33,177 nt of DNA from Bacteriovoracaceae bacterium. Its GTDB lineage: Bacteria > Bdellovibrionota > Bacteriovoracia > Bacteriovoracales > Bacteriovoracaceae. The first letter of the stretch is position 1. Each line of letters begins with the position of its first letter. Below, one piece after another: positions 26,983 through 33,177 of the stretch. A model generated the notes under the pieces. The model was not told the DNA's origin. It saw only the letters and a list, made by a program, of their open reading frames with translations, and ran no database searches. Location: NCBI GenBank assembly GCA_041586955.1, contig JBFGZE010000026.1, forward strand, positions 1 through 33,177, in the 5' to 3' direction. The position numbers and the translations under genes were made by a program.

Positions 26983-27741
26983 ATGAAAAAGGTGATTTTT
27001 TATATCATTCTAACTCTGGTGGGACAGCTTAGCTTCGCTCAAGATTTGGTTCTCAATACATATCGAATTCCAGGGTATGTTGAAAGTGAAGATGAGGGCC
27101 ATTTTATTGTTTTGGCGAGGACCATTGCTGAAAACCTGGGCATTCAATTGAAAATTAATATCCTACCAGCTAAACGGGCCATTCAGTATTTTAACGAGGG
27201 GCATGTTGATGGGATTTTTCCCTTCCTGACAATTTATAATATGGAGAATAAAACCCTAAGCAGGGCCTATTATATTTCTAATACTATGCTTTTTTATAGC
27301 ATTGATAACCCTGTTCCCAATATTGAGCAAGATACTATCTGTCTTATTAGTGGTTATGTTTACGAGCAATTAATGATTGCTCAAATTAAGCACAGAGTTT
27401 ATGCGGAAACTGACCAGTCCTGCTTTAAGATGTTAAAGCAAGGGCGGGTGAAAGGTGTTATCGCTGAAAAAATCAGCGGCCAATTATCTCTTGATTATTT
27501 AAATTATCGCGAAATTATGCATTCAGAAAATCCCTTAATTTCTTTCCCTGTTTTCTTTGCCTTTAAAAAAACGCCAGAAGGTAAAAAAATTGCTAAAGAA
27601 TTTAGTGCAGAAATATTTAAGTTAATTAAGAGTGGGGAATATAATAAAATTTTTCCCTTTAAGAGCAAAGGTTTTATTCCCGATATCAACTCTGCAAAAT
27701 GTAGCTACTCATATTTTGCCCCATATTTAGGTTTGGATTGA
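26983..27741 (+). CDS. Orphan family-3-like periplasmic substrate-binding protein
   Basis: Signal peptide MKKVIFYIILTLVGQLSFA, LPAKRA..F..G.VDG, ML.QGRV, FFAF. Start at the second Met. Confidence 0.82.
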   Translation: MKKVIFYIILTLVGQLSFAQDLVLNTYRIPGYVESEDEGHFIVLARTIAENLGIQLKINILPAKRAIQYFNEGHVDGIFPFLTIYNMENKTLSRAYYISNTMLFYSIDNPVPNIEQDTICLISGYVYEQLMIAQIKHRVYAETDQSCFKMLKQGRVKGVIAEKISGQLSLDYLNYREIMHSENPLISFPVFFAFKKTPEGKKIAKEFSAEIFKLIKSGEYNKIFPFKSKGFIPDINSAKCSYSYFAPYLGLD

Positions 27742-27826
27742 GGCGTGGCCTTACTTCGGCATACATCGTGCGCGTCATTTGGATTAATTAAAATAATATT
27801 CTGAAAGGAATTAGGGAAGTTTAAAA

Positions 27827-27903
<77 letters not shown>

Positions 27904-27914
27904 ATCGAAAGAAT

Positions 27915-27943
27915 GTTATAAATGAAATGATAAGTTTTGGCAA
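27915..27943 (-). promoter_or_regulatory. Sigma70 promoter of tRNA-Pro
   Basis: TTGCCA-N17-TATAAC ending 11 nt before the mature 5' end. Confidence 0.72.
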
Positions 27944-28001
27944 TCAGATTTAAGTTGCTGATTTTAAAAGGGAAAAAAGGTGATTAAGGCCTTGATTTTC
28001 T

Positions 28002-28028
28002 TTAAGCAGGGGGCCCAATAGCCGATAA
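28002..28028 (+). promoter_or_regulatory. Sigma28 (FliA)-type promoter
   Basis: TTAAG-N14-GCCGATAA, 6 nt before ATG 28035. Confidence 0.72.
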
Positions 28029-28034
28029 GAAGTT

Positions 28035-29540
28035 ATGATAAATCAAAAATGGTTCCTACTACTTAGCTTATTCTTTTTTCTGTCTTGTTCCATGGCACCG
28101 GTAAAGCGGGAAATTGCGACTGACGATGAGATCCCTTGTTTTGAATTATTGGCCGAAATCATGGTCAAAAAAATGCCGACAGAGATGACTTTAGAGGCGA
28201 AAACTATCTTCTATGAAGTGGGTCGCTCTTATTGGCGACAATCCCAACGCAAGTCCTTCTGGCGCCTCTGGGAATGGGGAGATGACTTCAAGGCCTTTTT
28301 AGTTCGGAATTATAAACGCTTTAATGCCAATAAAGTGCCGGTTTATTATATTGATGATGAGGGAGAAACATTTTTAAAGATCAGCAAGGTCGTCGATTAT
28401 TTTAAGAGGAGCGTTAATGACTCTAAGCCGGATGATAAACTTGAGGCAGATGCCATATTAGGAGTTAAAAATTGGATATCAAAGAGTAGTCAATATCCAC
28501 AGGATATGTCTTTTCTCTTACAAGAGTTTCATTCAATTGATATGGCAATTGATCAATTACAGGGCAGTGTGAGAAAGAGAATTTCACAATACCCTCATAT
28601 CGAAGAGATCATCATCATTAAGGACGGAAAAAAGGTTGTCGAGATTAAAGAATTTTTTAATCGTGAGTCCTTATTACAATATAAAGATGAATTACGTGTC
28701 GCTAAGAAATCTCTTATGGGCCGAGGTCTATTCATCAATGGAAAAATTGACAAGCGAGAAATGCTTCAGGCCAAAAACTTTAGACGCTTGATTTTTCTTT
28801 TGGACAAATTGCGTGATATCCAATTGACCAATGACAAAAATGGTCGAAATAATAGCGAAGAGCTTTTGTCCATCGTGGAATCAATTCAGAGTGTTCTTTT
28901 AGATAAAACGTTAGCACCATCTAAGCGTTATCGCTCTCTTCTTGTGAATGCTGAATTAAGCAGTGAGTTTAAGGATCTTTTTAGAACGATTGAAGATCAG
29001 AAAGTGATTCGAGAGGGGAAGAAATTTTACCAATCAATGACACCGGAGCAATTAAAGTTATTGGGAATTAAAGATATGCACGGGCGATCTGGGGAATTGG
29101 TAAAATTATTTAAAAAGAATAAATGGACTGCTTTAGTTTTGGGGGTCTCCTCAGCAGGAGGGGTGACAGGGGTCACTATTTCCATTAAAGACTTCTTGAT
29201 GTCCGACGCTCAAAGACGATTGCAATGTGTCGAGAAGCCGGATGATAAGGCCTTTATGGCCTGCTTTAAAGATTATTTACGTAATAAATACAAAGTTAAA
29301 AATCCATTTTATTATACTTTTTATGGGAATAGCGGCCTGCTTGAGGCCCTTAAAGGTGATGAGAGGATGGCCAATGAATTTAAAGAAGAGTATCGCATCG
29401 TTATCGAAATGAGGGCGCATTTTAAAAAGATTGAGGTCGACTCGATCCGTTTTGAACAAGAGTTATTACAAAAGATCGAAGATTTGGTGAAAGAAGATAT
29501 TAAAAAAGAAGATATTCGCAATAAAAAATTTGAAAATTAA
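28035..29540 (+). CDS. Hypothetical helical lipoprotein with an internal Gly-rich hydrophobic segment
   Basis: Lipobox-like FLSC, a highly charged body, and WTALVLGVSSAGGVTGVTISI near residue 365. Confidence 0.78.
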   Translation: MINQKWFLLLSLFFFLSCSMAPVKREIATDDEIPCFELLAEIMVKKMPTEMTLEAKTIFYEVGRSYWRQSQRKSFWRLWEWGDDFKAFLVRNYKRFNANKVPVYYIDDEGETFLKISKVVDYFKRSVNDSKPDDKLEADAILGVKNWISKSSQYPQDMSFLLQEFHSIDMAIDQLQGSVRKRISQYPHIEEIIIIKDGKKVVEIKEFFNRESLLQYKDELRVAKKSLMGRGLFINGKIDKREMLQAKNFRRLIFLLDKLRDIQLTNDKNGRNNSEELLSIVESIQSVLLDKTLAPSKRYRSLLVNAELSSEFKDLFRTIEDQKVIREGKKFYQSMTPEQLKLLGIKDMHGRSGELVKLFKKNKWTALVLGVSSAGGVTGVTISIKDFLMSDAQRRLQCVEKPDDKAFMACFKDYLRNKYKVKNPFYYTFYGNSGLLEALKGDERMANEFKEEYRIVIEMRAHFKKIEVDSIRFEQELLQKIEDLVKEDIKKEDIRNKKFEN

Positions 29541-29552
29541 TAGAGGATTGGC

Positions 29553-29828
29553 ATGAAAAGCAATTCTTGGTGGGTTTATATAATCGAATGCCAATCGGGA
29601 AAGCTTTATACTGGGATATCGACAGATCCTGAACGGCGCTTTTTAGAGCATCGGGATGACCCCAAAAAAGGCGCTAAGTTTTTTCGTGGGGATAAACCTT
29701 CAAAAATTATTTTTCGGAATGAATGTGAAAATAGGGCCGAGGCATCAAAAAAAGAATATCGCATTAAGTCCTTGACCTTAAAAAAGAAAAAAGAATTAAT
29801 CGCTGGCGATCTTTCACTCTTGATTTAA
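29553..29828 (+). CDS. Small GIY-YIG nuclease (UPF0213/YhbQ-like)
   Basis: WVYII..LYTGI..PERR..EH..KGAKF..A.KKE..IK. SD GAGGA. Confidence 0.92.
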   Translation: MKSNSWWVYIIECQSGKLYTGISTDPERRFLEHRDDPKKGAKFFRGDKPSKIIFRNECENRAEASKKEYRIKSLTLKKKKELIAGDLSLLI

Positions 29829-30043
29829 TCGATCTCCCCATCATAAATTTCAACTTCCTCTTCTTCATTCCAAGGGTTTTGTAATTCAATAGGAACATCG
29901 GGGTTGGCCTTAAAATGATAGGGACAATGCCGGCATCCACTTTGGCAGCAGCGACCTCGGCGTTTGAGAAAATCCTCAGTGTGAACGATATTATTGTCAT
30001 CATTGAAGTAAAAATCGATGCCTTCTTTGAGCTTCTCTGTCAT
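29825..30043 (-). CDS. Small Cys-rich protein, DUF5522-like
   Basis: EGIDFY..IVHTE.FL..RG.CC..GCRHCPY. Confidence 0.8.
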   Translation of the reverse strand: MTEKLKEGIDFYFNDDNNIVHTEDFLKRRGRCCQSGCRHCPYHFKANPDVPIELQNPWNEEEEVEIYDGEID

Positions 30044-30229
30044 AGGTCAGGTTTTCCATGTAGTGGATAAATCCACTTTGATATTCGTTTAATGTAAGAG
30101 ATTATCCTTAATTATCATAAAGCTTTAAGATCTGCTAATGATGCGGCGCTCGTTCGAGCTTTGACTTGTTTAGGGTGTCGTAGTCGACTATTATTTAAGG
30201 AGTTAATTTTTATAAAAAAGGAATAATTT

Positions 30230-31906
30230 ATGGGCCATATATGGTTGAAAAGCTACGACCAGGGAGTTCCTCCCGAGATCGATCATACTCAATACAACTC
30301 GCTAATGCATGTGCTCGAGGAGTCCTTTGAAAAATTTGCTTCCAAAGATTCTTTCTATTGCATGGGTAAATCAATTACTTATAGAGAATTAGATATTCTT
30401 TCAAAAAAGTTTGCCAGCTTTTTGCAAAATGACTTGGGATTAAATAAGGGAGCAAGAGTTGCTCTGATGATGCCCAACATTCTCCAATATCCCATTGCCC
30501 TTTTTGGTATTCTACGCGCGGGAATGGTGGCGGTTAATGTGAACCCGCTCTATACCGCTAGGGAGCTTGAGCATCAATTGAATGATTCAGGTGCTGAGAC
30601 GATTATTATTTTTGAAAATTCGGCCGCGGTCCTAGAAGAGATCGTTGCGAATACGCCAGTAAAAAATATTCTGACAACTCAAATTGGAGACTTTTTAAGT
30701 TTTCCTAAATCTCTTCTTGTCAATTTTGTTATTAAGAATGTGAAGAAGATGGTACCTGCTTGGAGTATTCCCAATACTCGTTCTTTTAAGAAAGTTCTTT
30801 TTGATGCGGACGAGGCGAATTATAAACGCCCTGAAATTAATTTAGAGGATACCGCTTTTCTCCAATACACTGGTGGTACAACAGGTGTTTCTAAAGGGGC
30901 GGAACTGACTCATGGGAATATTGTCGCCAATATTTGCCAAGCGAAAGCGTGGATTAGCAATTATATCACCGAGGGGAAGGAGATTGTCATCACCCCATTG
31001 CCTCTCTATCATATCTTTTCTTTGACCGCGAATTGCTTTATTTTTTCAACCGTCGGTGCTCGCAATATTCTGATTACCAACCCTCGCGATATTCCTGGTT
31101 TTGTTAAAGAATTGAAGAAATGGAAATTTACGGCCTTGACAGGTGTGAATACCTTATTTAATGGCCTTCTCAATAATCCCGATTTTAAAGATTGTGATTT
31201 CTCGGGGTTGAATCTCACTCTTGGTGGCGGTATGGCGGTTCAGCGCTCTGTCGCTGAAAAATGGAAAGAAGTAACAGGAAAACCTTTAATTGAAGCCTAT
31301 GGCCTGACTGAGACGTCACCTGCTGCTTGTATTAATCCCCTTAACCTTAAAAATTACAATGGCAAGATTGGCCTGCCGTTATCTTCGACTATCGTTGAGA
31401 TTCAAGATGATGATGGCAAGGTGCTCAAGCAAGGCGAAAGAGGTGAAATCTGTATTAAAGGGCCGCAAGTTATGCGCGGCTATTGGAACCGCCCCGAAGA
31501 AACGGCCAAGGTTATTAACGCTGATGGCTTCTTAAAAACTGGTGATATCGGATTTATGGATGAAGAGGGCTATTTTCAAATTGTCGACCGTAAAAAAGAT
31601 ATGATACTTGTTTCTGGCTTTAACGTCTTTCCAAATGAAGTGGAAGAAGTCATTTGCAATCATCCAAAAGTATTTGAAGCGGCGGTAATCGGCATTCCCG
31701 ATGATAAATCAGGAGAGGCGGTCAAAGCTTTTATCGTGAAAAAAGATAAGAGTTTGAGTGTTGAAGAATTGAGGTCCTTCTGTAAAGAAAGCTTAACTGG
31801 TTATAAAGTTCCCCATCATTATGAATTTAGAAATGATCTTCCCAAGTCTAATGTGGGAAAGATTTTACGAAAAGATCTTCGGAATGAAGAAGTGAGTAAG
31901 GCGTAA
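30230..31906 (+). CDS. fadD: Long-chain fatty acid-CoA ligase
   Basis: QYTGGTTGVSKG, YGLTETSP, GPQVMRGYW, TGDIG, VDRKKDMILVSGFNVFP, GKILR. Confidence 0.95.
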   Translation: MGHIWLKSYDQGVPPEIDHTQYNSLMHVLEESFEKFASKDSFYCMGKSITYRELDILSKKFASFLQNDLGLNKGARVALMMPNILQYPIALFGILRAGMVAVNVNPLYTARELEHQLNDSGAETIIIFENSAAVLEEIVANTPVKNILTTQIGDFLSFPKSLLVNFVIKNVKKMVPAWSIPNTRSFKKVLFDADEANYKRPEINLEDTAFLQYTGGTTGVSKGAELTHGNIVANICQAKAWISNYITEGKEIVITPLPLYHIFSLTANCFIFSTVGARNILITNPRDIPGFVKELKKWKFTALTGVNTLFNGLLNNPDFKDCDFSGLNLTLGGGMAVQRSVAEKWKEVTGKPLIEAYGLTETSPAACINPLNLKNYNGKIGLPLSSTIVEIQDDDGKVLKQGERGEICIKGPQVMRGYWNRPEETAKVINADGFLKTGDIGFMDEEGYFQIVDRKKDMILVSGFNVFPNEVEEVICNHPKVFEAAVIGIPDDKSGEAVKAFIVKKDKSLSVEELRSFCKESLTGYKVPHHYEFRNDLPKSNVGKILRKDLRNEEVSKA

Positions 31907-31913
31907 TTAATTT

Positions 31914-31932
31914 GCCCCTCTTTTAGAGGGGC
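31914..31932. terminator. Terminator hairpin after fadD
   Basis: GCCCCTCT-TTT-AGAGGGGC with AT-rich flanks, between convergent genes. Confidence 0.75.
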
Positions 31933-32026
31933 TTAAAATTTAGCTTGATGATAGTCAGAAGTTTTGATCAGATATTTTTTATGACAAACCTTTTAGCCTC
32001 TCGGTGGTCGAGTAGTGAAGATTGTT

Positions 32027-32644
32027 CTATTCGTTGAAAGCTTCGTGGAGCTTTTTTCCTAAGAGCTTTCCCAATTGATTTGTTGGAAATGATTCAAATA
32101 TTCTTTTATTCCTTTCGGGGGTTATGATCTCTCCCAGCTCAAAAACTTCTCTAGTCTCTAAGTCAACGGCATATAGAATGCTGGAATCTATAGCGCTCCA
32201 GGATAAATTTAGTTCACGATACCCAGGATTCCAATAGTCCACAACTAGGATATAGCTTTTATTTCCTTCTAATAATTCTTTAAAAATATCAGCAGAGTCT
32301 TGTAAATAGAATTCAATGTATGAGCTATAGCTATTGGCCAATTTTATTGCTTCATTTAACGCTTTATTAGAAGACTCTGAAAAACCTGCTGTTTGATCAA
32401 TTGTTCTCAAGTCAATTGTTCTCGGATTAGAGCTTAAATGGTTTACCTTGTATACAATTTCGGCATTTTTTTGGATCTCCTCTAAGTTTTTTACTATGTA
32501 ATCTTTAAAACTTTGCTTCTCTCCAGTTGTCTTATCGTACTCAGGGTAAAATGAAGAAATATAGAAATAATGGTCAGCAGACTTTGATGCAGCAAAAGAT
32601 GACATACTCATCAAAAGGGTTAGCCCAATTAATATTTTTTTCAC
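32027..32644 (-). CDS. Secreted hypothetical protein
   Basis: GTG start behind AAGGAG; signal peptide MKKILIGLTLLMSMSSFA. Confidence 0.8.
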   Translation of the reverse strand: MKKILIGLTLLMSMSSFAASKSADHYFYISSFYPEYDKTTGEKQSFKDYIVKNLEEIQKNAEIVYKVNHLSSNPRTIDLRTIDQTAGFSESSNKALNEAIKLANSYSSYIEFYLQDSADIFKELLEGNKSYILVVDYWNPGYRELNLSWSAIDSSILYAVDLETREVFELGEIITPERNKRIFESFPTNQLGKLLGKKLHEAFNE

Positions 32645-32955
32645 TCTAAACTCCTTGATACTTTTCTAACGATTATAGGTGAAATTTGAATTTTTCATTA
32701 GGTCAGTTGAAGTCCTTACTCGCTAAATATTAAAGCGTCGAAAAACTATACACATTTTTTGAAAGAGAATCGGCCTGTCACCATAATAGCTAAATAAAGC
32801 GGTTTGAAAGGTGTTTTTGGGAGTGGAAAGAGCAAAAAACTTGGCCCTCTGGTTATGCTATAACAATTATTCATATGCCTGCCTAAAAATTTGACAGTTC
32901 ATCAATAGAAGGAACTTTTAGCGACTAATAATTAGCAGCTTAGCGAATTTTTAAT

Positions 32956-32971
32956 TGGCCTTTTCTTTGCA
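32956..32971 (+). promoter_or_regulatory. Sigma54 (-24/-12) promoter candidate
   Basis: TGGCCTTTTCTTTGCA (GG-N10-GC), 29 nt upstream of ATG 33001. Confidence 0.6.
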
Positions 32972-33000
32972 GTTTTAATGCCTATAGAAGAGGTATTAAA

Positions 33001-33177
33001 ATGATCAAATTGATGAAAACGATTTTTATTTGGGTTTTGAGCATGCAATTGGGACTTTCCCAAATTATGGCGTCTTATCCCGATACAGATCGAGAGCGTA
33101 TCGGCCCGCATGTGATTCAAAAGGAGCTAGAGGATCACGGTGCCTGGATTAAGGGGAGTGAGTCCAATCCTTGTCTC
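33001..33177 (+). CDS. 5' part of a secreted protein running off the window (absent from the ORF track)
   Basis: SD GAGGT at 32990-32994. Frame MIKLMKTIFIWVLSMQLGLSQIMASYPDTD... is open to the window end and looks like a signal peptide. Confidence 0.7.
   Translation, partial: MIKLMKTIFIWVLSMQLGLSQIMASYPDTDRERIGPHVIQKELEDHGAWIKGSESNPCL

Noticed and set aside
29553..29828. GIY-YIG protein as a homing endonuclease or defence nuclease
   Set aside because: Size and motifs match the common stand-alone UPF0213 family; no intron or defence neighbours.
32932..33120. 62-aa minus-strand ORF
   Set aside because: Antisense to the better-supported plus-strand gene starting at 33001.

Overview
A 33 kb chromosomal window from an AT-rich bacterium. 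Gene content and the style of the orphan secreted proteins and lipoproteins suggest Bdellovibrionota, probably Bacteriovoracia (inference only). It is mostly core genes: ssb, gap-pgk-tpiA-secG, a MinD/FlhG-like ATPase to tatD run (including rluD, pgeF and a VKOR-DsbA fusion), manA, phoD, gloA, tRNA-Pro(GGG) and fadD. Orphan exported proteins are interspersed. I saw no transposase, integrase, phage gene or CRISPR array. The most unusual items are these. (1) A divergent module at 3.0-6.6 kb: an NhaR-like LysR plus an FNT anion channel face an HPF/RaiA-fold protein, a bL25/CTC paralog that has lost its 5S-rRNA-binding residues, and a secreted protein. (2) Three sigma28-type promoters lie only 6-8 nt upstream of start codons, implying leaderless transcripts, with similar sigma70 cases. 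(3) A REC-pseudokinase-REC protein lacks the phospho-His and ATP-box motifs. (4) An alpha/beta hydrolase has Gly in place of the nucleophile Ser. (5) A MinD/FlhG-like ATPase is paired with an HPD-less J-domain-HTH protein. (6) A 122-nt intergenic element is bounded by inverted repeats. All family assignments are from motif recognition by eye; no database search was run.
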